Positions 1 to 7,990 of a DNA stretch of 64,000 nt are shown here, piece by piece; positions within the stretch are counted from its first letter, which is position 1; each line of letters begins with the position of its first letter. Under the pieces are notes generated by a model that was given only the letters and a program-made list of their open reading frames with translations, did not search any database and was not told the origin of the DNA. A program made the position numbers and the translations under genes. The stretch comes from an uncultured Coriobacteriia bacterium (GTDB lineage Bacteria; Actinomycetota; Coriobacteriia; Anaerosomatales; PALSA-660), in the NCBI GenBank assembly GCA_963726435.1, contig CAVSCJ010000004.1:209214-273213 (forward strand), given 5' to 3'.

Positions 1-51
1 CGGCGTATTGTCTCGCATCGGTCGCCCCCAGACGAGAAGGGCTTCGCCGCT

Positions 52-2778
52 CTAGCGAGCGCGCCTTCTGGCCCCGAGGACCTTGATCGCATCGATGAGC
101 GCCATCGGCAGCGCCGCCGCCAGGATGACGGCCGCCCAATCCCTCAGGCCGAGCGGCTGGGTCTTGAACAGGTCCTGCAGCGCTGGGACGTAGATGACGA
201 GCGCCTGCAGGGTCATGGACCCGGCGAAGGCGGCGACCAACCACCTGTTCCGCAGTGTCTCGATCCGGAACACGGAGCGGGTCTCCGACCTGAAGTTGAA
301 GGCGTGCAGCACTTGCGAGAGCACGATCGTCGTGAAGAGCATCGTCTGCGCATGCTGGGCGCCGTCCACCGCCACGAGGCCGTATCTGACCCCGAGGTAC
401 ATGGCCAGCGCGCCGACGGTGATCAGAGCGCCTTGAGCCAGGACCTGGACCCGGCGCCGGGCGTTGAGGATCGACTCGTTGGGGCCGCGCGGCGGGCGGT
501 CCATGACCCGCGGCGATCCCGGGTCGACGCCGAGCGCGAGAGCCGGCAGGCCGTCGGTGACGAGGTTGATCCACAGAAGCTGCAGGGGCAGCAACGCGGG
601 CTGCGGCGCGATCAGCGCCGTCGCGAAGACGATCAGCACCTCGCTCATGTTGCACGAGAGCAGGAACAGGATGGACTTCCGCAGGTTGTCGTAGACCACG
701 CGGCCCTGCCGGACCGCCTCGACGATCGTCGCGAAGTTGTCGTCGGACAGGACCATGTCGGCCGCCTCGCGGCTGACGTCGGTCCCGATGCGGCCCATCG
801 CCACGCCGATGTCGGCCATCTTGAGTGCGGGCGCATCGTTCACGCCGTCTCCGGTCATGGCGACGATATGTCCTCGCCGCTTGAGTGCGCCGACGATCCG
901 CAGTTTGTGCTCGGGGTCGACGCGCGCGTAGATGCGTGTGTCCTTCGAGGCCCGGAACAGCTCGTCGTCGCTCATCGCCTCGATCTCGGCCCCGGTGATG
1001 ACCCTACCGCCCTCCAGCAGGCCGACCTCCGAGCCGACGGCGCGGGCGGTGAGCGCGTGATCGCCCGTCACCATCGCGATCTGGATCCCTGCACGGTGGC
1101 ACTCCGCGATCGCAGCGGCGACCTCGGGCCGCGGCGGGTCGAGCAGTCCCATGATCCCGACGTAGGTCATTTCGCGCTCGAGGGTCTCGCCCTCCAGGGC
1201 CTCTCCCTCATCGAGTGTTCGAGTCGCGAAGGCCAGCGTGCGGAAGCCGCTCGAGGCGAGGTCGGCGTTGAGTGTGTGGAGGCGCTCTCGCAGGGCGGCG
1301 TCCATCGGGACCGTCTCGCCTCGCAGCAGCGCACGCGAGCAGAGGCCGACGACCACGTCAGCGCCGCCCTTCATGTAGGCGAGGCGGCGCCCGTCCGATT
1401 CGTGGACGGTGGTCATGCGCTTGCGCTCGGAATCGAAGGGGATCTCGCCCACCCTTCGCGGGCGGATCGGGTCGGCCGACAGGCCCTCCGCAACGGCGAT
1501 GAGAGCCGTCTCCGTCGGGTCGCCCAGTAGCGTGCCGTCGGCGGAGAAGTGCGCGTCGTTGCAGGAAGCCGCGACCTCGAGGAGGAGTTCGCGATCCGCA
1601 TGGAGCGGCTCGGCGTCGTCGGGCCGCAGAGCGAAGTCGGGAAGGACCTCGGCCCCGTCCGTGCCCACGAGAAGGCGTCGGACAGTCATCTCGTTGCGCG
1701 TGAGGGTCCCCGTCTTGTCGGAGCAGATGAAGCTCGTCGAGCCGAGCGTCTCGACCGCGTGCAGCTTGCGGACTACGGCGTTGTGAGCTGCCATGCGCCG
1801 CACTCCCAACGAGAGGGCGACGGTCACGATCGCGGGCAGCCCCTCGGGTATGGCCGCGACCGCCAGGGCGATCGCGACCAGCAGGGCCGTGGTGAGCGAG
1901 CTTCGGGCCGCAGGCGAGCCCAGGGCGTCGAGAAACGTGATGCCGGACTCGGCGAGCGCCCTCCACACCTCGACTGCGAACACTATGGCCGCGATCGCGA
2001 GCACTGCCACTGCGATGATCTTGCCGAGGCGCCTCAGCTCTTCCTGAAGCGGAGTCCTGTGATCTTCCTGGGCGGCGAGCAAGTCGGCGATCCTGCCGAT
2101 CTCTGTGGCCTGGGCGGTCGCCGTCACCACTGCCTTTCCGCGTCCGACGGCGATCGAGGTGCCTGCGAACACGGTGTTATGCCGGTCGCCGAGAGCGGCC
2201 TCGGGGTCGGCCACCACGTCGACCACCTTGCTCACCGGCGTGCTCTCGCCGGTGAGCGAAGCCTCCTCGGCCCGGAGCGAGGCCGCGTGCAAGAGCCGGG
2301 CGTCCGCAGGAACGCGGTCACCAGACTCCAACAGGATGATGTCGCCGGGAACCAGCCCGGTTGCCGGAACGTCGGTCTCGACGCCGTCTCGTATGACCGT
2401 CGCGGAGGGAGCGGACATCTGCTTGAGAGCCTCGAGCGCCTGCTCGGCGCGGTACTCCTGCAAGAAGCCGAGAGCACCGTTGAGCAGCAGGATCGCCGTG
2501 ATGGCGATCGCCTCGGCCACCTGTCCTTCGAAGGCCGAGATGGCCACTGCCGCCAAGAGCACCCAGATCATGAAGTCGTTGAACTGCGAGAGGAACATGC
2601 GCCAGGGCGGGGTCTTGGGCTCCGCCCGCAACTCGTTGGGCCCGTAGAGAACGACCCTTCGCTCGACCTCCGGAAGAGTCAGGCCGCGCTCGGGGTCGGT
2701 AGCGAGAGCCGCGATCGCCTCGTCGGCTGTTCGCACGTGGTAGCACCCCGCCAGGCCGATCGTCCTCGCTTCGCTCAT
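52..2778 (-). CDS. P-type cation-transporting ATPase, type IIA (Ca2+/Mn2+ class)
   Basis: 908-aa ORF with DKTGTLT phosphorylation motif, TGDGVNDAPAL hinge, IPEGLPA in TM4 and multiple TM segments. A Mn2+-riboswitch-like leader lies upstream. Confidence 0.95.
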   Translation of the reverse strand: MSEARTIGLAGCYHVRTADEAIAALATDPERGLTLPEVERRVVLYGPNELRAEPKTPPWRMFLSQFNDFMIWVLLAAVAISAFEGQVAEAIAITAILLLNGALGFLQEYRAEQALEALKQMSAPSATVIRDGVETDVPATGLVPGDIILLESGDRVPADARLLHAASLRAEEASLTGESTPVSKVVDVVADPEAALGDRHNTVFAGTSIAVGRGKAVVTATAQATEIGRIADLLAAQEDHRTPLQEELRRLGKIIAVAVLAIAAIVFAVEVWRALAESGITFLDALGSPAARSSLTTALLVAIALAVAAIPEGLPAIVTVALSLGVRRMAAHNAVVRKLHAVETLGSTSFICSDKTGTLTRNEMTVRRLLVGTDGAEVLPDFALRPDDAEPLHADRELLLEVAASCNDAHFSADGTLLGDPTETALIAVAEGLSADPIRPRRVGEIPFDSERKRMTTVHESDGRRLAYMKGGADVVVGLCSRALLRGETVPMDAALRERLHTLNADLASSGFRTLAFATRTLDEGEALEGETLEREMTYVGIMGLLDPPRPEVAAAIAECHRAGIQIAMVTGDHALTARAVGSEVGLLEGGRVITGAEIEAMSDDELFRASKDTRIYARVDPEHKLRIVGALKRRGHIVAMTGDGVNDAPALKMADIGVAMGRIGTDVSREAADMVLSDDNFATIVEAVRQGRVVYDNLRKSILFLLSCNMSEVLIVFATALIAPQPALLPLQLLWINLVTDGLPALALGVDPGSPRVMDRPPRGPNESILNARRRVQVLAQGALITVGALAMYLGVRYGLVAVDGAQHAQTMLFTTIVLSQVLHAFNFRSETRSVFRIETLRNRWLVAAFAGSMTLQALVIYVPALQDLFKTQPLGLRDWAAVILAAALPMALIDAIKVLGARRRAR

Positions 2779-2848
2779 GTCGGTTCACTACCTCCCGAAA
2801 GAGAGAGACCCCCGGCGAAACGCCGCAGACAGGCCGCGGCCGTTCACC

Positions 2849-2947
2849 GAGAGTCTCGCGATCGCACATGTGTGACGGCAGGGCCGGGGCGCGCACGCCC
2901 GGGATTGTCGGCCTGCCCCCGCTGTTTCGCGGGTGCTACTCCCTCTC
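2849..2947 (-). promoter_or_regulatory. yybP-ykoY (Mn2+) riboswitch-like aptamer in the ATPase 5' leader
   Basis: Minus-strand RNA: GAGAGGGAGUAGCACCCGCGAAACAGCGGGGGCAGGCCGACAAUCCCGGGCGUGCGCGCCCCGGCCCUGCCGUCACACAUGUGCGAUCGCGAGACUCUC. It shares the GGGAGUAGC, CGACAAUCC and GAGAC blocks and a closing helix GAGAG/CUCUC with the yybP-ykoY aptamer as I remember it from Lactococcus. It ends about 70 nt before the ATG. No covariance model was run. Confidence 0.6.
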
Positions 2948-3110
2948 GCACCGGGAGAATACCACTCGCGTGCGCCGGGACGCGGGCACTGCGCGCGGGC
3001 GCCGGGGCCCGCTCCGAGCGAGGCTCGCGCGACGGCCGAGCCAAAGGGCGGTCTCGGCCTGCGCTCGCAATCGGCTCGTCGCAGGTCCCGGCGCCCGCTC
3101 GCCCGATGCG

Positions 3111-3959
3111 TCAGGGGACCAGCTTCTTGCCGGTGGGCGTCGCGGCGAGTCCCCCAAGGGCCGTCTCGCGCAGGGAGGGCGGAAGACTGCGGCCGACGGC
3201 TCCCATGGCGGCCGCCACTTCGTCGAATGGGATCGGGAACTCGACACCTGCAAGCGCCATCTGCGCCCCCGCCAGCGCCACGGCCGCTCCTGTCCCGTTG
3301 CGCACGACGCAAGGCACCTCCACCAGGCCGCCCACCGGGTCACAGATCAGACCCAGCAGACCCTGGAGGGCGAGCGAGGCGCCATGACCAGCCTGTTCAG
3401 GCGTGCCGCCGCACAGTTGCACCGCAGCGGCAGCGGCCATCGCGGCCGCAGAGCCGATCTCGGCCTGGCACCCGCTCGCGGCGCCCGAGAGCGAGGCCTT
3501 GGCAGCGATTATCGAACCGATGCCACCTGCTGCGGCGAGCGCCAGCGCCATCTGCTCGGGGTTCGCGCCTCTCCCGCGGCCGACGGTGCGAAGGACCGCG
3601 GGAAGGACGCCCGAAGCGCCGCCGGTTGGCGCCGCGACGACACGGCCCATCGCGGCGTTGACCTCGCCGACCGCGAGCGCGGCCGCTACGGTGGCGGCGA
3701 ACGACTCGCCCGCTACGCGCTCGGTGCTCTCTGCCACCCGTCGCCCGTCGCCTCCGGTCAGACCCGAACGGGAGCGCACCTCGCTGTTCAGACCGGTTCC
3801 TATGGCCGCGTCCATGACATCCAGGGCGTCTTCGAGGCGGGAGAGCACTACCTGCCGCGTGTCTCCGGTCTCGTCGCACTCAAGAGCCACGACAGCCTCG
3901 CCGATCGATCCGGCTACTCTCGCAGCACCGAGCAGGCCGGTCAGATTCGCGTACCCCAT
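3111..3959 (-). CDS. sdaAA: L-serine dehydratase (iron-sulfur type), alpha subunit
   Basis: ORF 3111..4058 trimmed to ATG 3959, which has AAGGAGG just upstream. Typical SDH-alpha sequence (GGASGVLPA, GCQAEIGSAAAMAA, DPVGGLVEVPC). Confidence 0.9.
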   Translation of the reverse strand: MGYANLTGLLGAARVAGSIGEAVVALECDETGDTRQVVLSRLEDALDVMDAAIGTGLNSEVRSRSGLTGGDGRRVAESTERVAGESFAATVAAALAVGEVNAAMGRVVAAPTGGASGVLPAVLRTVGRGRGANPEQMALALAAAGGIGSIIAAKASLSGAASGCQAEIGSAAAMAAAAAVQLCGGTPEQAGHGASLALQGLLGLICDPVGGLVEVPCVVRNGTGAAVALAGAQMALAGVEFPIPFDEVAAAMGAVGRSLPPSLRETALGGLAATPTGKKLVP

Positions 3960-4013
3960 GGTGTCCTCCTTACGAGCGGACCGCGCTCGATGGTAGCACC
4001 CCCTGGCACTCCC

Positions 4014-4073
4014 TTGACGCCACCCGGCGCCGGAGTTAGTGTATGGCATGTGCATCACTTAGTAGACACTAAG
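4014..4073 (+). promoter_or_regulatory. feoA promoter candidate with nested palindromic operator
   Basis: AT-rich island in a GC-rich background. TTGACG (4014-4019), 17 nt spacer, TAGTGT (4037-4042). Perfect inverted repeat CTTAGT-AGAC-ACTAAG at 4058-4073. Outer repeat TTAGTGT (4036-4042) / ACACTAA (4066-4072). Confidence 0.45.
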
Positions 4074-4102
4074 GCCGTACCCCCAGGCATGGAAGGACCG
4101 CG

Positions 4103-4399
4103 ATGACCGATAGCACGGCACGCGCGGAGCCGATCACCGCGAGCACGACGCCGGACCCCTGCGCGTCGTGCACACTGGCCGACGCCCGCGCCGGCCAGCA
4201 GTTCGTCGTGACGTGCGTCGGGGATCCGGGCGCGCGCATCACCGCGCTGCGGTTCGGAATGGCCGAAGGCGCCTGCGTCCACTGCACCGCCCGGATCCCC
4301 GCGGGCCCGATCGTGCTGCGCAGCGGGAGGCAGGAGATCGCGGTCGGACGCGAGTTGGCCAAGATGATCGACGTCCGCAGGCTGCCGGCGGCGAAGTAG
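4103..4399 (+). CDS. feoA: FeoA-domain protein
   Basis: 98-aa ORF with an SH3-like FeoA pattern (FVVTCVG...ALRFGMAEGACV...GPIVLRSGRQEIAVGRELA), 4 nt upstream of feoB. Confidence 0.85.
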   Translation: MTDSTARAEPITASTTPDPCASCTLADARAGQQFVVTCVGDPGARITALRFGMAEGACVHCTARIPAGPIVLRSGRQEIAVGRELAKMIDVRRLPAAK

Positions 4400-4403
4400 A
4401 GCG

Positions 4404-6257
4404 ATGGCTCACTGCGCACCTGCACTCGACGCCCTCGGAATCCGCGAGGGCGCCGTCGTGTTGGCGGGCAATCCGAATGTCGGCAAGTCCGTCGTCTTCG
4501 AGGCGCTGACCGGCGTCTACGTCGACGTGTCCAACTTCCCGGGAACGACGGTGGAGATCACCCGCGGGAAGATGGGAGACGTCGACGTCGTCGACACTCC
4601 GGGGATCTACGGTGTCTCGTCATTCAACGAGGAGGAGACCGTCGCCCGGGATGTCGTGCTGGCCGCGGGGCGCATCGTCGATGTCGTGGACGCGGTCCAT
4701 CTCGAGCGCGATCTGTTCCTGACGCTGCAGCTGGCCGACATGGGCATCCCGATGGTCGTGGCGCTCAACCTCGCCGACGAGGCGCGGCGCGAGGGCGTGG
4801 CGGTCGATCGCGACCTGCTGGAGGACCTGCTGGGCGTGCCGGTAGTTGAGACCGTTGCCGTGGACGGGACCGGGATCGGCGATCTGAAGGCCGCGATCTC
4901 ACGGGCCCGCCCGGGTCACGCCGATCCCGAGCTCGTCGAGGCGCTGGCGGAGGCGACGGCTGGCGCGTGCAGCCGGGCCGAGGCGCTGCTCGTACTCGAA
5001 GGCGATGAGGCCGTCGCGGCGCGCAACGGCGTCGGGCCAGGCGGCTTGCGCGACGAGATCTACACGCGCCGCCGCCTCCGCGTGGACGACTTGGTGCGCC
5101 ACGTCGTGCATGCGGAGACGCGGGGCGCCTCGCTGAAGGCGAGACTGTCGGTGTGGATGATGCGGCCGCTCACAGGCATCCCGATGCTCGCGCTCCTGCT
5201 GTTCGCCATGTACGAGGCGCTCGGGGTCTTCGTCGCCGGGTTCGTCGTGAACCTCACCGAGGGCGCCATGAAGGCCTACTGGGTGCCATTCGTGCAGCGC
5301 ACTCTCGCTCATGTGGCTGCTCCGGGTTCGACCGTCTACACCTTCCTGGCGGGCGAGTTCGGCGTGCTGACGATGACGCCGACGTACCTGATAGGCGTGA
5401 TCCTGCCGCTCGTTATGGGGTTCTACCTGATGCTCTCGCTGCTCGAGGACTCCGGGTACCTGCCGCGTATCGCCGCGCTCGCGGACCGGGCGCTGACCTC
5501 GCTCGGACTCAACGGTCGCGCGGTGATCCCGCTGATCCTCGGGCTCGGCTGCGTGACGATGGGGACGCTGACCACGAGGATCCTGGGCAGCAAGCGGGAG
5601 CGGTTCATAGCGACCGCGCTCATGGCGATCGCGGTGCCGTGCTCCGCGCAGATCGCGGTCATCGCGGCGCTGATGACGCGGGTCGCCTGGTACTACTCGC
5701 TCGCCTACTTCGCGATCCTGATCGCCATCTTCGTGGCGGTCGGCACGATCCTGGCGAGGATCACTCCCGGCGAGTCGACCGCGCTTCTCATCGATCTGCC
5801 CACTCTGCGTCTTCCGCGCCTCGGCAACGTGCTGCGCAAGTCAGGGCTGAAGGTCCGCAACTTCATGACCGAGGTCGCCGGCTTCTTCGGAGTTGGGGCG
5901 CTGATCATCTCGACGCTGCAGGTCAGCGGCGCGCTCGCATGGATCCAGGCCGTGGCGCGACCGCTGACCGTCGGGTGGCTGCGGCTGCCTCCTCAGGCAG
6001 CGACCGCCTTCGTGATGGGCTTCGTGCGCCGGGACTTCGGCGCCGCAGGCTTCTTCACAATGCATCTGAGCGACCCGCAACTGCTGGTCGCGATGGTCAC
6101 CATAACCTTGTTCGTGCCCTGCATCGCCAGCGTGATGGTCATCCTCAAGGAGCGTGGTTGGCGCTACCTTGTCGGGCTGGTGGCCGGGTCGCTCGGGTTG
6201 GCGTTCCTGCTCGGCGGCGTCGTAGCGCGCGTGATCGCGCTGGTGGGAGGCGCCTGA
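4404..6257 (+). CDS. feoB: ferrous iron transport protein B
   Basis: 617-aa ORF with an N-terminal G domain (GNPNVGKSVVFEALTG, DTPG) followed by a polytopic gate/nucleoside-recognition-like membrane domain. Confidence 0.95.
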   Translation: MAHCAPALDALGIREGAVVLAGNPNVGKSVVFEALTGVYVDVSNFPGTTVEITRGKMGDVDVVDTPGIYGVSSFNEEETVARDVVLAAGRIVDVVDAVHLERDLFLTLQLADMGIPMVVALNLADEARREGVAVDRDLLEDLLGVPVVETVAVDGTGIGDLKAAISRARPGHADPELVEALAEATAGACSRAEALLVLEGDEAVAARNGVGPGGLRDEIYTRRRLRVDDLVRHVVHAETRGASLKARLSVWMMRPLTGIPMLALLLFAMYEALGVFVAGFVVNLTEGAMKAYWVPFVQRTLAHVAAPGSTVYTFLAGEFGVLTMTPTYLIGVILPLVMGFYLMLSLLEDSGYLPRIAALADRALTSLGLNGRAVIPLILGLGCVTMGTLTTRILGSKRERFIATALMAIAVPCSAQIAVIAALMTRVAWYYSLAYFAILIAIFVAVGTILARITPGESTALLIDLPTLRLPRLGNVLRKSGLKVRNFMTEVAGFFGVGALIISTLQVSGALAWIQAVARPLTVGWLRLPPQAATAFVMGFVRRDFGAAGFFTMHLSDPQLLVAMVTITLFVPCIASVMVILKERGWRYLVGLVAGSLGLAFLLGGVVARVIALVGGA

Positions 6258-6258
6258 G

Positions 6259-6489
6259 ATGTCACAGCGAAGCGATCCGAACAAGCGCGATGAGGGCATG
6301 GACCGCCGCTCCCTGGACGAGGACGTTCGGGCGGAGGCGCGAGAGAAGCTCGTCTGTCCGAGATGCGGCCTGGGCCTCGAACCCGGGGCGATCCGTTGCC
6401 CGCGCTGCAACGCGTTCGTCCTGACAAGTTGCGGGGGCTCGTGCGCGTCGTGCGGATCGCTCTCGTGCGCGCAGCGAGAGCGGCTCTAG
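6259..6489 (+). CDS. Cys-rich zinc-ribbon protein translationally coupled to feoB
   Basis: 76-aa ORF starting 1 nt after the feoB stop. Contains CPRCG...CPRCN plus a CGGSCASCGSLSC tail. Its stop overlaps the sdaAB stop (CTAG at 6486-6489). Function unknown. Confidence 0.55.
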   Translation: MSQRSDPNKRDEGMDRRSLDEDVRAEAREKLVCPRCGLGLEPGAIRCPRCNAFVLTSCGGSCASCGSLSCAQRERL

Positions 6490-7157
6490 ACGCTCGGGAC
6501 CGAGCGGACCCCGGTGACGCCCGCGGCGCGCGCGACCGCCGCCGCCGCCTCGTGGCCGACCGGCTGGTCGGTCTCGATGACCATGAGCGCGCGCGCCCCG
6601 CGCCTCTCGCGGGAGACCTCCATGCTCGCGATGTTCACGCCGTGCTCGGCGAGTATCGCTGATACCGACGCGATGACGCCGGGCTGGTCGTGATGCTCCA
6701 CGACGAGCACGGGCAGCTCGCCTGTGATCGCCACGTCGAAGTCGTCGATCGAGGTCAAGACGACGTTCGCGCCGCCGACGGAGGAGCCCTGCACGGTCAC
6801 GGTTCGACCGTCGGACGAGGACAACTCGAGCCGCGAGGTGTTGGGATGAACCTCGCCCAGATCGCAGCTCTCGAAGGTGATCTCGATCCCCGCGTCGCGC
6901 GCCTGCCGGTCCGCGGTGCGGATACGCTCGTCGTCGGGCGCGAGCCCGAGGAGCCCGGCTGTCAGCGCGAGGTCGGTCCCGTGACCGTGTCCTGTGGAGG
7001 CGAAGGAACCGTGAAGCGTGATGCGCGCCACCGCGGGCTGCTCTCCGAACACGGCGCGGGCCAAGCGGCCGAGCCTGACTGCGCCGGCGGTATGCGAGGA
7101 GCTCGGGCCGATCATCACAGGTCCGATGACGTCGAACACGCTCCGGGTGCGTGCCAT
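6486..7157 (-). CDS. sdaAB: L-serine dehydratase (iron-sulfur type), beta subunit with ACT domain
   Basis: ORF trimmed to ATG 7157 (AAGGAG upstream). VFDVIGPVMIGPSSSHTAG N-terminus and a C-terminal ACT-like region. Confidence 0.9.
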   Translation of the reverse strand: MARTRSVFDVIGPVMIGPSSSHTAGAVRLGRLARAVFGEQPAVARITLHGSFASTGHGHGTDLALTAGLLGLAPDDERIRTADRQARDAGIEITFESCDLGEVHPNTSRLELSSSDGRTVTVQGSSVGGANVVLTSIDDFDVAITGELPVLVVEHHDQPGVIASVSAILAEHGVNIASMEVSRERRGARALMVIETDQPVGHEAAAAVARAAGVTGVRSVPSV

Positions 7158-7347
7158 CGATACTCCTTCGAATCTCCACACAGGCAGGAGGGTCGTACCC
7201 GGTCCGGAACCGTATAGTCATCGTGCGCGTCAAAAGAGGAGTGTAGCGCGACCGTGCGGTTGTGGACGGACGGTTCCGCCTATATCCTTGCACGGGCGCA
7301 ACGGCGCCCGTGTTCAGGCAAGCAGATCCGAAGGGACCGAACTGACT

Positions 7348-7905
7348 ATGGCGGAGAACAACAACCGTATGGTGGTATACCTGTCGATCGCGGTGGTCTT
7401 CTTGCTCGTGGCCTTCGTGGTCGTAGTTGTCGTCGTCACCGGCGCGAAGATGGCCGGTCCCACGACGACGACGGGGACCAACACGTCTTCGACAACGAGC
7501 ACCGACACCAACCAGCCCGGCATGTCGCCCTCGACCACGGGCTTCGACGCGGCCACGGCGACCAAGGTCCCGGCCGACTCGGATCCCAAGAAGTTCGTGA
7601 CGGCGTACTACCAGGCCATCCTCGACAAGAAGTGGGATGTGGCCTTCAAGATGCAGCCGGCGAAGAGCCAGGTCGGCCAGAGCGTCGAGGCTTTCCAGCA
7701 GACGCAGGAGCAGATGTACGGCATGACGAGCTTCGAGATCGCCAGCTCGCAGATCGGCAGCACGGATGCGACGGTCGTGGTGGCTCAGACGCTCAGGGAG
7801 CCCAACGGCGTGTGGACCGCGGTTTGGACGTTCGTCAAGGACAAGGGCACATGGCTGGTCGAGGCGCGCAAGGTCAACATGGGCGCTCCGACGGCGACCC
7901 CGTAG
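7348..7905 (+). CDS. membrane-anchored hypothetical protein (N-terminal TM, Thr/Ser-rich linker, NTF2-like C-terminal domain)
   Basis: In-frame ATG 7348 inside ORF 7018..7905. Hydrophobic helix VVYLSIAVVFLLVAFVVVVVVV, then a T/S-rich stretch and a globular tail. High GC3 codon usage. Confidence 0.65.
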   Translation: MAENNNRMVVYLSIAVVFLLVAFVVVVVVVTGAKMAGPTTTTGTNTSSTTSTDTNQPGMSPSTTGFDAATATKVPADSDPKKFVTAYYQAILDKKWDVAFKMQPAKSQVGQSVEAFQQTQEQMYGMTSFEIASSQIGSTDATVVVAQTLREPNGVWTAVWTFVKDKGTWLVEARKVNMGAPTATP

Positions 7906-7962
7906 GCGAGACGGCCCGGCCGTTCCGGGGGCATCGAAGCGGAGCCCCGGCACCCCTTTGGG

Positions 7963-7984
7963 TGTCGGGGCACCGTGCTATCGT
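7963..7984 (+). promoter_or_regulatory. RecA-NDp / PafBC-type promoter-like motif upstream of dinG
   Basis: TGTCGG (7963-7968), 10 nt, TATCGT (7979-7984). This has the same architecture as the mycobacterial tTGTCRgtg-N8-TAnnnT motif. The -10 ends 6 nt before ATG 7991, implying a leaderless mRNA. Confidence 0.4.
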
Positions 7985-7990
7985 CGGACA

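Noticed and set aside
1549-3387. Long alternative-frame and antisense ORFs: 1549..3387 (612 aa), 6262..7953 (563 aa), 10947..13619 (890 aa), 17198..18661, 38072..39538, 44348..46444 and many others.
   Set aside because: They are Arg/Gly/Pro/Ala-rich, overlap well-supported genes on the other strand or frame, and have no motifs. These are typical high-GC shadow ORFs.
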